A DNA stretch of 64,000 bases from Eledone cirrhosa (lineage: Eukaryota). Within the stretch, counting starts at the first letter, position 1. Each line of letters opens with the position of its first letter. The notes beneath the pieces are model-generated. The model was not told the DNA's origin, did not search any database, and saw only the letters and a list, made by a program, of their open reading frames with translations. The DNA is taken from NCBI GenBank assembly GCA_964016885.1, contig OZ024741.1:315766001-315830000 (forward strand). The letters run 5' to 3'. The translations under genes and the position numbers were made by a program. Of the stretch, positions 13,808 through 26,667 are shown piece by piece.

Positions 13808-14686
13808 CGAGGTGTGTCAGAAAAGTCCCAGGGCTGATGTCACAAAAGATTTATTTCAAACCCAAATTCCACACTAAGAGTTTTCTCCTTCAAAGTAATC
13901 TCCCTGGAGTCTAATTCACTTTTCCATCCTTTTCTGCCACGCTTGCATGCACTCCTGGAAGGATTCTTCCGGTATCCTCCGCAGTTCCGTCGTGACGGCC
14001 TTTATGATGTCGTACACGTCTTCAAAACGTGTCCCCTCCGGGTCGTACTCGAAGATCCATGACTCATCACCGGTGATGACTATCCCTAGCAAGTCTGGTT
14101 CGGTTTCAAGACGCTCAAGGATGTCCTGGCATACTTGCATGCGTCGACCATTCTGGTCATCGTTCAGCAGTTTTGGCACCATCTTCGCGCAGACTTTCCG
14201 CATGTCCAAATCTTCAGTGAGAATCTTCCAGACGCTGTCCCGATTCATGCCCAGCTCATTTGCCATCAGTCGAACAGTCAGCCGACGATCGCTACGCACC
14301 ATCTGCCTGACACGCTCAACGTTGACCTCAGTCCTGGCTGTTGAAGGCTCCTGGGGTCATCTTGCACCACTCAAAAATACGTGAGCGTATCATTGTCTCA
14401 TCTCCATACACTTGCTGCAGCAATCCTAGTGCTTCTGACGGAGTTTTCCCCAACCGTACCAGAAACTTTAAGTTTGTTCGTTGCTCTGTGCTCATTGCTT
14501 GACGACCTGAAACAGAGGACATGTATATAAAATTATGAAGAAAAAAGTTTGATCGCTGCAGAGAGCTAAGATTACAGTTACATACTCCAGGGGGATTACG
14601 TTGAAGGAGAAAACTCTAAGTGTGAAGTTTAGGTTTGAAATAAATCTTTTGTGACATCAGTCCTGGAACTTTTCTGACATACCTCG
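13808..14686 (-). mobile_element. Mariner DNA transposon, internally deleted, with about 100-bp TIRs
   Basis: TA|CGAGGTGTGTCAGAAAAGT...ACTTTTCTGACATACCTCG|TA; long TIRs; inserted in TA microsatellite. Confidence 0.92.
13916..14522 (-). pseudogene. Mariner transposase remnant
   Basis: EQRTNLKFLVRLGKT HTH, DRRLTVR, KVCAKMVPKLL, ITGDESWIFEYDPE; jumps directly to GTRFED, so the second and third catalytic Asp region is deleted. Confidence 0.9.
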
Positions 14687-14704
14687 TATATATATATATG
14701 TGTG

Positions 14705-15342
14705 TATATGTAACCCATTAGCAACCCCGCAGCACGTTTTTCTCATATTTACACATATTTTTTTCCCCGCTGTTACACGTCTATTTCCTTCTTACTGCTT
14801 CCTCTTTCTCAGTATCTTTACCCTCTCTAGCAGTCACTCTCTCTGTTAGCCTCTTCCTCGCCCTTCACTCACTCATTCTCTGTTACTACCTCTCCTCCTC
14901 CTCCTTCTTCCCGTTTGACCTGTGCGTAATTTTTTTCTTTCGCACCCTTGGTCTGGCAGGTCGCTTTTTTTCTCTCTCTCTCGTCTACGATTTCACAGAA
15001 CTTACGTTCACCGAAATCACAGACTAGATCCCTTCTTCCTCCCGTTAGACCTGTACGGAATTCCTTCCTTGCTTAAATTCCAACCAGGTTTGATGGTCTT
15101 TATTCTCTCTTGTTCACGATTTCACCGAATTTAAATTCATAGAAATTTGGGACTTGACTCCTTCTTCCTCACTTTTCGTTGCTTCACCATTTTTGTTTGT
15201 TTACACTCTCGTGTCCCCTTTATTTACGTGTCCCAACGACTTTTTTTAGCCGTTGCTCGCACCAACCGGAGGTATATGGTCTTTAAAGCGATGAAATACC
15301 AATGATGGTTGGAAGATCACTGATGAAGGACTAACTTTATTC
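14705..15342 (+). mobile_element. Penelope pLTR-like non-coding unit ending in a half hammerhead; related to 49602-50189 (-)
   Basis: Starts atgtaaccc.ttagcaacc..cagca..tttttctc and ends ATCACTGATGAAGGACTAACTTTATT; both ends resemble the reverse complement of 49602-49681. Confidence 0.45.
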
Positions 15343-15442
<100 letters not shown>

Positions 15443-15559
15443 ATATATATACATTTCCTGGGTCGAGGAGATAGGGCAAATTGTATGACAAGTAGAAAAT
15501 GGGATGGAATGAAATTTAGAGCTCATACCTATGTAGGTTTAGCTGGCTTTTTATGAGGT

Positions 15560-15722
15560 TGTATCGTATAAGAGATTTCTTGGGCGTTTTAATAATACGT
15601 GCCCCAGTCTTATCGTGGAAAATGAAGCGTATTGTTCAAGAATACAACACACAGCACGATACAGGAAACGATACCATGATCTCATGATCACGTGAACAAC
15701 ATTCTAACCACTACGCCATGCA
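15560..15722 (-). mobile_element. Second tRNA-derived SINE family (also about 31200-31305 +, 35180-35325 -, 62200-62290 -)
   Basis: Minus strand reads tggcgtagtggttagaatgttg...; shared core ..AAG..TATTG.TCAAG.A.A.AAC.CA; box B GGTTCGATTCC in the 31243 copy. Confidence 0.6.
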
Positions 15723-15938
15723 TTATTATCATCACGAGTAGGAAAGTAGGGAATACGGTAATATATCTGTTTTGGATAATGGAATGAGAACTCTGTTATC
15801 ATGGGTTACATTTACGAGTCAGTTCGAAATTTCTAGAACATTAACGAATTGAAACAAACACCAGAAGTCTGCAGGGTACAACTAGCGAAACATCATGAAT
15901 ATATGTTGAATACGCATATACACAAACAGATATACACA

Positions 15939-15971
<33 letters not shown>

Positions 15972-16150
15972 CCTCTCTCTCTCTCTCACATATATATTTA
16001 TATACATATATAATTATGTGTGTGTGCGTGTGTGTGTGTGAGTTTGTGTGTGTGTTTGAGTGTGTAAATACGAATGAATCTCACACTGCACATCCAAATT
16101 CCTCTAATTGGGGAATTCATTCGTTCATTCATATATATATAGAGAGAGAG

Positions 16151-16226
16151 AGGGTGTCCCCACTAGAATGTATGCACATTTCATCAGCATTCTAATCAAA
16201 GTGTGTATACATTTGTATGGGACACC

Positions 16227-16229
<3 letters not shown>
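16151..16229. mobile_element. Tiny Tc1/mariner-type MITE (about 80 bp)
   Basis: AGGGTGTCCC..AATGTATGCACA / TGTGTATACATT..GGGACACCCTG inverted ends, between microsatellites. Confidence 0.6.
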
Positions 16230-16299
<70 letters not shown>

Positions 16300-16327
16300 T
16301 ATATATATATCTATCATATATATATCT

Positions 16328-16362
<35 letters not shown>

Positions 16363-16480
16363 TAGCATTCCTATGTGATCATAAAATCGATATAACTGTC
16401 TGCAGTAATATTCTGGTCACCAGAACAAATATTGATTTTTAACAACACAGGTATAACAATTCTATCTATCTATCTATCTA

Positions 16481-16552
<72 letters not shown>

Positions 16553-16559
16553 ATACATA

Positions 16560-17190
16560 TATACTTTGTTTTACCATAAAACAACCACGCAAATACTTGT
16601 ATTCCCTCAGGTTGATAGTTCTCAAAGCTTCTGGACTTCCTTCTTATTTGCCCCCCCCCCCCCCCTCTATCCTTACGTGAAGGCACGTCGCTCAGCGTGT
16701 AGAAGACTTGGCTCATTGTTGTAATATTCTGAACTCTATTCCCTGACCAGGCAGCATGTTGTATCCTTGGGGTTTTTTTCACGTTTCTTCGCTCAAATCA
16801 GTTGCAAAACAATTAGCAGCGATGCCTCTAAACCCAAGGTATATCAACTTCTGTCTTTCCCATGTACAACTTCTGTAGTGTGTAGACAGCTTGTCTTCCA
16901 CGAAACAAATTTGCTCGGGCTTGTGCTTCAGATGCAAACCCACGTGGTAAATAGTCATGTTTATAAAACACATGGTCAGTTATTTTCCCATTGACACTTC
17001 TGACCACCCCTCTCCACTTCTATTATTTTTCATTGTTATAGTCATTTTTCTCTTATTAACTACTCTTGCTATATTTTAGCCTGCAACACTAGACACCATT
17101 TCTTCTCTCGTTGACGAAGATCTCAGTGTCCGAAGCATTAGATATCTCTTCTTCCTTACGATATCACATTTATTCCACTGATTGAGCTTT
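16560..17190 (+). mobile_element. Possible decayed Penelope-like 3' end with degenerate hammerhead (about 17105-17145)
   Basis: RQLVFHETNLL...PRG-like terminal motif, then TTGACGA-AGA..TCC-GAAGC-ATTA, similar to the 19825 and 34856 motifs. Confidence 0.35.
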
Positions 17191-17439
17191 TCTTTTTGGT
17201 TCAAGGCAAGTCTATCTGGGGTTGTTTAGTGTTTAAAGGCCATGATTATGAGAATGAAAAGAACTTTATAATTGTCAGGAAAGGATACCACTCTCCAACA
17301 TCTTGGACAGTTTCTCAACGGCTATTGAGTAAGTGGAAATCATTATCAAACGAATATTTAGAAACACACAAACACTGCGACATTAGTCGTCTAGAACACA
17401 TCGTGTAATAAGGCTGTTTGCTTGCAAACGAATTGGATA

Positions 17440-17625
17440 ATAATAATTGTTTCTACTTTTAGTACAAGGCCAGCAATTATCCCAGAGCATTACTGGTACT
17501 TTATTTTATCGACCCCGTAAGGATGAAAGGTAAAGTTAACCTCGGAGGGATTTGAACTCAGAACATAAAGAGCCATAACTCTATGCTGTAAAGCATGGTT
17601 TCCGACGCTCTACCGATGCCTCCAA
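17440..17625 (-). mobile_element. Main tRNA-derived SINE family, one copy
   Basis: Family consensus: box A TGGCAGTATCGG, box B GAGTTCAAATCC, central GCCTTTCATCCTTACGGGGTCGATAAAATAAAGTACCAG (resembles the Meta/MESC SINE domain, from memory), (ATT)n tail. Confidence 0.85.
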
Positions 17626-18094
17626 TTAATAATATTATCATTATTCACTCATTGAAGTTGGGAGCGTGTGAATTCGCACTGCAATCAGACATTATGTGTA
17701 ACCTAAATGTATTGTTAATGCGATGATTCGATGCTATTGCGCTTTAGGCTAGATGTGAAGTCATAAAGTAAACAACCACGAATAAACGATTTGGACAGAT
17801 TTATGTTGCTTCCCTTTAGACGGCGTAACAGAAAATAAGAAATGCACATAGTGCATACCAATGTAACTCCATATATATGTGCGCATGCACAACCTTCAAC
17901 ATTTCCAGAAAATTCTACTAAAACATGTCTTTTTGAAAAACGGCTGGAACTCTTTATCAAATGAAAGACACGATTTTATTTAATCGTAATTTTCCATATT
18001 AATTTTATTGTTTGAATTTAGTTTGAAACAATAAAGTCCCTAATTCAATGTTTTAAATGTCTCTTAGCTTCACCTTCTGTCTGAAAGGATGTTT

Positions 18095-19100
18095 TCTTCT
18101 TCTTTTTGTGTCATCACTGTATCAGTGTTTGACGAACCATGACGTTCCACGTTCGGGCGAGATCCCATACTTCTGCGGCTTTGATGTTGAAATTGTCAAA
18201 AAAGACCTACTTTGACGACCTCAGACACGCTTCCCAGGAATTTTTCCGCTAATGGAAAGGTCTTCCAGCATGCTTTTCTTAAATGGCATGTCCTTGGAAC
18301 ATTAGTTGTCTCTTTTTAATAGTGAGCAGTATTTCACGTTCAATCCGCACTCTCCTCAAAACCTCTTCATTATTTATTCAGTCGACGTAAGAGATCCTGA
18401 TTATACTGCGATAGAAATACATCTCGGTAGAGCCGAGGTATCTCCGTGTCTGATTCGTGAACTCCTCGATTCGTATCCGTAAAGAAGCGTTGACCAGACA
18501 AATGTGTTGAGTAAATAAATTTTAATTCCGATTGAGAGGTTGCGATCGACAAAGACAACGAAAGGATGAGTGGCATGTTATTGCCACGCCTCATAGTGCG
18601 TTGAAAGGAATTTTAGAAATAATGTAATAACTGTTAAAATGATAATCACCTGATTTAAAATTGGTTAACGATTAACTTTTAGTTAATTTCACAATACATC
18701 TCGCGTTCACTGATGATTAGTTTGCATTTTGTTGTTAACTCGGCTTCCATAATTAATCTTGTCTCTTTATTTAATTCTATAGAGCTTAGTAGTGATATTA
18801 AATATCATTTCATCTTCGATAAGACAACCTCCTATTCTAATACTACATAATATAGAGACAGGAGTGCAACAAGAAGCTGATCATATATCCCATACTCCTG
18901 CAGAAGCATCCACAGTAGATCCCATGGAACGTAGTCATATGCCTTTTTGAGGTCTACCAATCAAGAATACACATCTTTTCTCAAAGACCTGCCGCAGTGT
19001 GAATGTTTGGTCGGCTGCGCTGCGTAAGGGGCGAACACTCCACTGTTCATCAGATAGCTTTGACTCGACGATCTCCCTACATCTCTTTGCCAGTCACTTA
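18095..19100 (-). mobile_element. RTE-clade LINE remnants (3' end 18095-18594; RT piece about 18870-19100)
   Basis: Minus frames give NNEEVLRRVRIEREILLTIKKRQLMFQGHA, GKIPGKR and VDLKKAYDYVPW; AAG-repeat tail. Confidence 0.7.
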
Positions 19101-19183
19101 GCATAGAGATTTATTTTTAGATTATACATATGGATCTATAGATTAAGCAAACACATACATATATAAGCAAATCGATAAATATG

Positions 19184-19219
<36 letters not shown>

Positions 19220-19545
19220 AAGGCACACAAACACACGCTCACACACACAGACCACGAAATAAAAGAAAAACTGTTCATACATATATATTTACCCAAAATA
19301 ACCGCTCTTCAAAATCATTTCCCCATGATTGAAAACCATCACTAATACTGTACCATTTTTATTTAGATACCCGCAAAAAAATATCTGTTTTATTATTGTT
19401 TTATTTTCATTGTCCAATACACCACACACACACCCCACGATACAAAAGTTTAAAAAATATATTTATATATTCATAAAAAAAAACTTTTGCCAAAAACAAC
19501 CATGACATATTTCCCTAAAAATAAATCTCTGACAAATTTCGATTT

Positions 19546-19589
<44 letters not shown>

Positions 19590-19744
19590 ACACACAAACT
19601 TTCAAAAACATTCCTAAAATAGATCCTTTTTGAAAATCTTCCCTCCCACCACTCAACAAATTATAACTGAACTGTTGCTCACACACACATACACACACAC
19701 ACATACACACACACATATAATATATATATACATATATATATATG

Positions 19745-19920
19745 TATGTAAAAGGTAAACAGAAATAACAACACACTCGGTACAGTATATGGAGGGGTTA
19801 ACGCTTGATATAGCCGGAAGAGGGTCTTACCGTTTCGGGCGCTAGTCCTTCATCAGAAGAAAGAATGAGAAATAAGATAGACAGGGGACGGGCGGGATGG
19901 AATTGGAAAAATGTGTTTGA
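19745..19920 (-). mobile_element. Hammerhead-bearing pLTR-like element, family A (degenerate ribozyme at 19825-19860)
   Basis: Homologous to 34760-34910 (aaaaggtaaacagaaataacaa...ttaacgcttga.atagc.ggaaga); minus strand CUGAUGA-AGG..CCC-GAAACGGUA with weak stem I. Confidence 0.65.
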
Positions 19921-19955
19921 GAGAGAGAGTGAGAGAGATAGAGAGAGAGAGAGGG

Positions 19956-20017
<62 letters not shown>

Positions 20018-20353
20018 AGATCTTCCAATAACAACGTTGACCTGTTAACGACGCCACTGCTACTCACCTACATAGTGTATATATAAAAAGTATTTCATTA
20101 AAGTGACTCAGTCATTGTCACAACATGAAATATGAACAGACCTTCAATCCTTAATTTTTGATTTCTTAATTCTAATATTTAATATTTGATAAGATGAATA
20201 ACATCAAAACCGATAATATTTTATATATTTTATAAAATTTTTTTATTTTTTTTATGTTTTCCTCTTTTTTCAAAAATAACATTTGGTCGGATTAAAGTAA
20301 AAAGATTCGTTAAATATACTTCCGTGCTGTTTCCATTCTTACTTTCTCTCTCC

Positions 20354-20516
<163 letters not shown>

Positions 20517-20914
20517 GAAGTTGGAAATGCTGAAACAAGGAAGAGGAAAAAAAGCTTACCTCTTAATTTGAAAACTTTAATTATTAGTTTTTATTTCTTA
20601 TAAATTTTTTTAATTGTAATTCTCAACATTTGATAAGATGGATTGTAATACTTTATATACTTTGTTACATTATAAAACTCTTTTTTAAAAGAACTGAGTC
20701 TCTCTTCTTTTCAATAATATAACTTTGACGAATCGAAGAAAGGAAAAGAAAAAGAAAAACAGACCCTAAAATATATTTTCCGTGCTATTTCCAACTTCAC
20801 CTTTTCTCTATAACCACTATTTTGTATAGAACCTTTCTTCCCTTTTCTAATATATATATCTTTGAGGTGGAACAGAAATGAAACATGGATTACAGGTTAA
20901 AATATAGTTTAGAT

Positions 20915-23118
20915 CAGGGCTTCCCAACGGGGTCCAGGTGGACCCCCAATGGTCCATGGCACGATTACAGGGGGTGCTCAGAAAAATGCTGGATTAAATG
21001 TACATAAGGGAATGTACATAATTAAATGTATAATAAACGAGTTGATTTAGTAAAAGTTATTGCACTTTTCTTAATATTTTCAATTATTTTCTTTCCTTTT
21101 CAATTAAATTCTCAAGCATCAAGAAGAAACGTCTTCATTTCTGAAATTTGAATTGTAAATTGTAAATTTTAAAAAGCTTCTTAATTGCAATTTTCTATTT
21201 TAGGTTTCTTCCCATAACAATTAAATATGAGCAAAAGCAAGAAGAAATGTAGGCAGTATGATCCCTCTTATATTCAATATGGATTTATTAGCAGCAAAAA
21301 CAATCCATTACTACCACAGTGTCTTATTTGTTTGACACAACTGACGAATGCATCAATAAAACCCGCCAAGCTTTCTTTACACCTCAACAAGTGTCATCCC
21401 TCATTGGTCAACAAACCTAAAGAATACTTCGAAGCGCTCAGTGACAGTGCCCGTTCTTCGTCATCAAAATTGAAAGGATTCCTCAACGAGAGCAATAGCA
21501 CTTCTGGACACACCGCGTCGTACAATATTGCGCTTTTGATTGCCAAACAAGGTCGACCGCATACAATGGCTGAAGACCTCATCAAACCTGCAATCATGGA
21601 AGCATATAAAGTGGCTTATATTTCTAATCCAGAGTCTGTTGTCAACAGCATACCTTTATCCAACAATACCATTTCATCGCGAATAACTGATTTAGCAGAT
21701 GATGTCAAGTCCATCCTTATTCAAGACCTACGACACACCAAATTTTCATTAACTGTACCTTTGCAAATCAGTCTGTGCTCCTTGCTTTTGTCCGCTACAT
21801 CAAAGATTCCAGAATATGTGAGGAGATGCTCTTTATGAAAACTCTCATCAACACTACAGGAGAACAAGTGTGCAACGCTGTCACCGGCTTTTTAAAGACA
21901 AATGATATTAGCATGGATAACATGATCTCCATTTGCACAGGTGGTGCGCCGTCAATGATCGGCAAAAGAAAAGGATTTGTGTGCAGATTAATTGAAGACA
22001 GAACCGTGTTTACTATTCATTGTTTTACATCGTGAAAATTTGGCTGCGAAAAATATTGGTAACTGTGATCTTATGGCCATTCTTCAAATGGTTGTTTCAT
22101 CCGTCAACAAAATAAGAACACGAGCCCTTCAAGACAGGCTTTTCCAGGATGCTTGTCGTGACGAAAATTTTCATCGGCTGGTTTATTCCACAGACGTACG
22201 TTGGCATTCAATGGGTAACTGTCTCACGAGATGTGTCGTACTGTTTGACAAAGTTTTGGAATTTTTGCAGAACAGAGACACTGTTCTGAGGAATTCACTT
22301 ATTGATAACAAGATTGTTATATTGTACTTGGAAGAGATATTTCGGAAACTCAATGAACTGAATTTATCCATGCAAAACCAGGATATGAACATCGTACGTG
22401 CTAAACAAGTTATAAAGGCATTCATGAACAAATTGGTGATTTGGAAAATGAAAGCCATGACGCATGACTTCTGTCATTTTTCTAGTTTGGATGGCAAGGA
22501 AATTGATTGTGAGTTACAAATAATTATTGTGGATCATTTGTCTTTCTTGCATGATAACTTTCAAACTCATTTTGAGGATCTTCTACAGTTGAGCATACCA
22601 CTTTTGTCGATTTACTTCATACCATGACAATGGAGGATGTCATGAATCAACCTGAATGCGTCCAGATTGAGCTGTGCGAGGTCATTGCTGACGAGCGCTT
22701 GATTCAGGCCTCTGAGAAAAATTGGGTCAAAGCGAGGCAGCAAAGCTCGATCAAATATCAAACCTTGTATGAAAAGGTGGAACCATTTATAATTTATCTA
22801 CCAACTTCCAATTTGGTGGAGAAGGGCTTTTCGCTTTTACTTCATTCATTCATAAATCAACGAAGGAGCTTGCACTTGAAGGATAATCCAGAAATGAGGC
22901 TCCGTCTGAGTGACCTACAACCACGGATTTCTGCTCTCATGAGTAATAAACAGCCACAAAGCTCTCACTAAAAACGTGTGCCCGTAGGACTCTTTGATCA
23001 TTACGAATAAATTTTGTTTGTTGAATTAATGTCCTAAGTTTTGAATGCTCTTGGGGGGTCCATAGCGAAAAAGGATTCTGCTTGAGGGTCCATATTGAAA
23101 AAAGGTTGGGACGCTCTG
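20915..23118 (+). mobile_element. Full-length decayed hAT transposon, Charlie/Buster group
   Basis: TIRs CAGGGCTTCCCAAC / GTTGGGACGCTCTG; 8-bp TSD GTTTAGAT / GTCTAGAT (Charlie-type NTCTAGAN); subterminal GGTCCA repeats. Confidence 0.92.
21227..22971 (+). pseudogene. Buster/ZBED5-like transposase, frameshifted
   Basis: RQYDPSYIQYGF, PQCLIC, KPAKLSLHL..H, PHTMAEDLIKP, PLSNNTI, CTGGAPSMIG, HC..HRENL, VRW, LVEKGFS, RLRLS. Confidence 0.9.
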
Positions 23119-23169
23119 GTCTAGATAGATGTGAAACAAAACGAGGATGTAGTTTATGGAACACCCAAA

Positions 23170-23640
23170 TGATTTAGAAGTCGACCTTAAGTAGGAGCAA
23201 TAACATTAAGAAAGACATGAACCACACCACAACACTTTATTTTGAAAATTTTGCAAGTAGGTTTATAAGTATTAATTTTCATAAGATTTTAAGAGTTGTC
23301 TCTGTGGCCTAGCGGTAGGGACTTGAGACGGTGGAGATCCTGGTCTCGGGTTCAAACCTGGTCAAGCGGTACATGTAACCTCTTTCAGTTTTTATTTTAC
23401 AACCAATAGAAAAAAACTGAAAAGGTTTACCGGGAACCCTAATCTCGACCAGGATCGAACTTCAGACTAGAATCACCACCGTCTACGATTGTTCCATATA
23501 GGCCACCGAGACAGCTAGAAAAGTGCGATGAAAATTGATAATTATAAACCTACCTTCAAAATCAAAGTTAAAAAGATGTGGTGTTTTTCATGGCTTTCCT
23601 AGAGCTATTAGTAATATTTAGGGTCGACTTCTGGTCATTA
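23170..23640. repeat. Diverged fold-back (about 225-bp arms) with a tRNA-like Pol III cassette in each arm
   Basis: Plus arm: TGGCCTAGCGG (23305-15) and GGTTCAAACC (23349-58); minus arm (about 23445-23515): TGGCCTATATGG and AGTTCGATCC; outer AGAAGTCGACC/GGTCGACTTCT. Confidence 0.75.
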
Positions 23641-23846
23641 TTGAAAGTCTCTGGATTTCGCAAAAAACATATTTTTTACTGGAGGAGATAGGATATTTTT
23701 CCGCAAAAATTTGATTGCAGTTTTGTTTCCATTTATGTATTTTTCGAAAATGTTATTTATTCATTATAAAAATTAAATGATAGCATTCTATATGTAGGTG
23801 GGCCCCCTTCATCTCTTGGCAACCAACATTTTTAGACCCAATCCAC

Positions 23847-23880
<34 letters not shown>

Positions 23881-24047
23881 TTTCAACGTTGTGCAAGTCA
23901 TCCATCGTGTAGAAGTGGTATCCAGTGGTATCCAGATAGATATGCCCAATGGCTTCTACTATTTAGTAGTATGTGGAGTATACTTCTGATATTTAGTAAT
24001 ATAGGACAGGTACTATTACAAAATCAAAATAATGTATATGTGTGTGT

Positions 24048-24295
24048 GTTCTTCTTCTTCTTCTTCTTCTTCGCCCACTTATTCTTGAGAGGGTCGTGGG
24101 GGCAAAATCCCAAGCGGATCCTGTCAGAAGCAACCGTCTCCAACTGATCCGGCTGGATCTCCAAGCGTGACCAGCCAAGCTCATGGATGTTATCCAACCA
24201 TCTTACTCGGGATCTACCTTTGAGTCTCTTTCTGGTTTGTTTTGCCCGTAAAATATGTCCAGCAATCTTTTCCTGAAACATTCTAACTACATGTG
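24048..24295 (-). mobile_element. RTE-like LINE 3' fragment
   Basis: ILRAKQTRKRLKGRSRVRWLDNI; (AAG)n tail. Confidence 0.7.
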
Positions 24296-24390
24296 CGTGT
24301 CTATAATTGGCTCCCGGGAGCTTCCAACAGTAATGGTTGCATTTTTTAAGGGTATGTCAATATTTATTTATAAAACTGATCTATATTATA

Positions 24391-24451
24391 TTTTATCTGA
24401 TGAAAGCACACCATAATTTAACTTGGTGTCCTTGAAATATGTATAATGAAA
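24391..24451 (+). ncRNA. Minimal type I hammerhead ribozyme, family B
   Basis: UUUUAU-CUGAUGA-AAG c ACACCA loop UGGUGU c CUU-GAAA-UAUGUA-UA^-AUGAAA. Confidence 0.8.
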
Positions 24452-24492
24452 TAAATATGGTTTTATAAATATAGTTTCCATTTGTTAATATC

Positions 24493-24552
<60 letters not shown>

Positions 24553-24688
24553 GGTGTAACTTGGAGTTACTGCATGTTAACCCGGGTGAGCACTCGATGT
24601 TTAGGTTCACTTCTGTGTTGAGGTGTAGAGCTATACAGAGTGTAGTGCTATATCGAGTGCTCACCTGGGTGAACCTGCATTATCCCTT

Positions 24689-24778
<90 letters not shown>

Positions 24779-24967
24779 GTATGTATATTTATGTATGTAT
24801 ATTTATGAATTGTAATGTCCAATTACTGTAGGTTCACCAGAGTGAGCACTCGATACGTAGTTTCCAGTAAGTTTAGAGGTGTAGTGCTAAGCAGAGTGTA
24901 ATAACAATAAAAAATAACAAAAAAATATAAACAAAAAAAAAACGATATGGTATGTCTTCATTTATTT

Positions 24968-25130
24968 AGTAGTTGACGCGCGTTTCGCTATTGATCAGCT
25001 CAAGGTTCAATCTGTATCGAACTGGTCCGACTCTGGAATCAAAAGCTAGTCGGACTTCTGTTGTGCTAAATGTTATTGTCATTACAGATCGAACCTTGAG
25101 CTGATAAATAGCGAAAAGCGCGTCACTACT
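24968..25130. repeat. Fold-back (about 49-bp arms) with hammerhead-like GAAACGCGCGUC but non-canonical core
   Basis: 24968-25016 is the near reverse complement of 25083-25130. Confidence 0.75.
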
Positions 25131-25673
25131 CAATAAAAAAAATATATATATATATATATAATATATATATGCATGCAGACTCATTTACGTGGGAGTAGAG
25201 AAATATTATCCATTTATAGACACACATATATCGTTTTCTTTTTATTTTGTAATACTACCTGACATATATTACTAAACATCAAAAGTCATTCGGCATATCT
25301 ATCTATATGTCTATAACACTCACAACGCTGCTCAACCCATCTTATATGTGTACGTATGTGTGGCTGTCAGTTCTATCGATATTTAACAGAGGGAGGTATC
25401 AACATACCTATTGTTTCCTGTACAATATAGTCAATATTAAGATTAACTGTCTTCTCAGATTTCTGCATTCTCTCCCCCCCCCCCCCTCTCTCACTAACTC
25501 TCTCTCTCGCACACTTTATTTTACTTTCCGTATCTCATCCTCTTCTCCGTTTTCATGCTTTCCACTTTTTCTTGGTAATTTTCCTTTCTTTTCCTCAACT
25601 CTATACTAATCTATCTATCTGTTTGGAAATCTGTTAATCTATCTTCATTTGAACACACACGCACGCACACATA

Positions 25674-25767
<94 letters not shown>

Positions 25768-25927
25768 TATATATATCAAGTGAGAATAAGAATTGCATAT
25801 TTTTGTAAACTTTAATACATATTACAATTTGTTTCCATATCGATCAGCTTAGGTTTGATCATGTGATTGGACCCCAACTCTTAATCGACACTTCTTCAGC
25901 TATAAGAATTTACATGGGTGGTTACAT

Positions 25928-26047
<120 letters not shown>

Positions 26048-26190
26048 ATGTATGATTGTGTATAGAAGATTATATTAATAAAAGGAATTCCAACTTTGTC
26101 TGATTTACTCGTTTTATTTACAATCCTTTAAAATTGATAATGGTATTAGAATGAAATAGTATGGTAGAATATTAAATGTTAAGTGTTAAT

Positions 26191-26229
26191 TGAACAAGTA
26201 CTTTCATGCTTTCGCAATCTTCAGGTTCA
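26191..26229 (-). ncRNA. Minimal hammerhead ribozyme, family D (minus-strand copy)
   Basis: Exact reverse complement of 26311-26349. Confidence 0.8.
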
Positions 26230-26310
26230 TAATGTGTGGTGACAGTCAATTTTGTAATTTTCAACTGTTTTGCAGTTGAAAATTGCAAACTTGACTGTCA
26301 CCACACATTA

Positions 26311-26349
26311 TGAACCTGAAGATTGCGAAAGCATGAAAGTACTTGTTCA
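26311..26349 (+). ncRNA. Minimal hammerhead ribozyme, family D
   Basis: UGAAC-CUGAAGA-u UGC GAAA GCA u-GAAA-GUAC-UU^-GUUCA; palindromic stem III AGUACU. Confidence 0.8.
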
Positions 26350-26479
26350 ATTAACACTTAACATTTAATATTCTACCATACTATTTCATTCTAATACCAT
26401 TATAAATTTTAAAGGATTGTAAATAAAACGAGTAAATCAGACAAAGTTGGAATTCCTTTTATTAATATATATATATATT

Positions 26480-26511
<32 letters not shown>

Positions 26512-26518
26512 CATGTAT

Positions 26519-26573
<55 letters not shown>

Positions 26574-26606
26574 CAAATGGAAACTATATTTATAAAACCA
26601 TATCTA

Positions 26607-26667
26607 TTTTATTATACATATTTCAAGGATACCATGTTAAATTATGGTATGCTTTCATCAGACAAAA
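26607..26667 (-). ncRNA. Minimal hammerhead ribozyme, family B
   Basis: UUUUGU-CUGAUGA-AAG c AUACCAU loop AUGGUAU c CUU-GAAA-UAUGUA-UA^-AUAAAA. Confidence 0.8.

Larger units (their letters stand above)
26071..26469. mobile_element. Near-perfect 399-bp palindrome carrying two outward-reading hammerheads (family D)
   Basis: 197-bp arms, 5-nt loop centred at 26270, about 3 mismatches; flanked by microsatellites. Confidence 0.9.

Noticed and set aside
13947-14384. 145-aa plus-strand ORF
   Set aside because: Antisense shadow of the mariner transposase
21227-22971. Domesticated ZBED5/SCAND3-like host gene
   Set aside because: TIRs, a TSD and multiple frameshifts show it is a dead transposon copy
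23298-23370. Functional tRNA gene
   Set aside because: Acceptor and anticodon stems do not pair properly; treated as a tRNA-derived cassette
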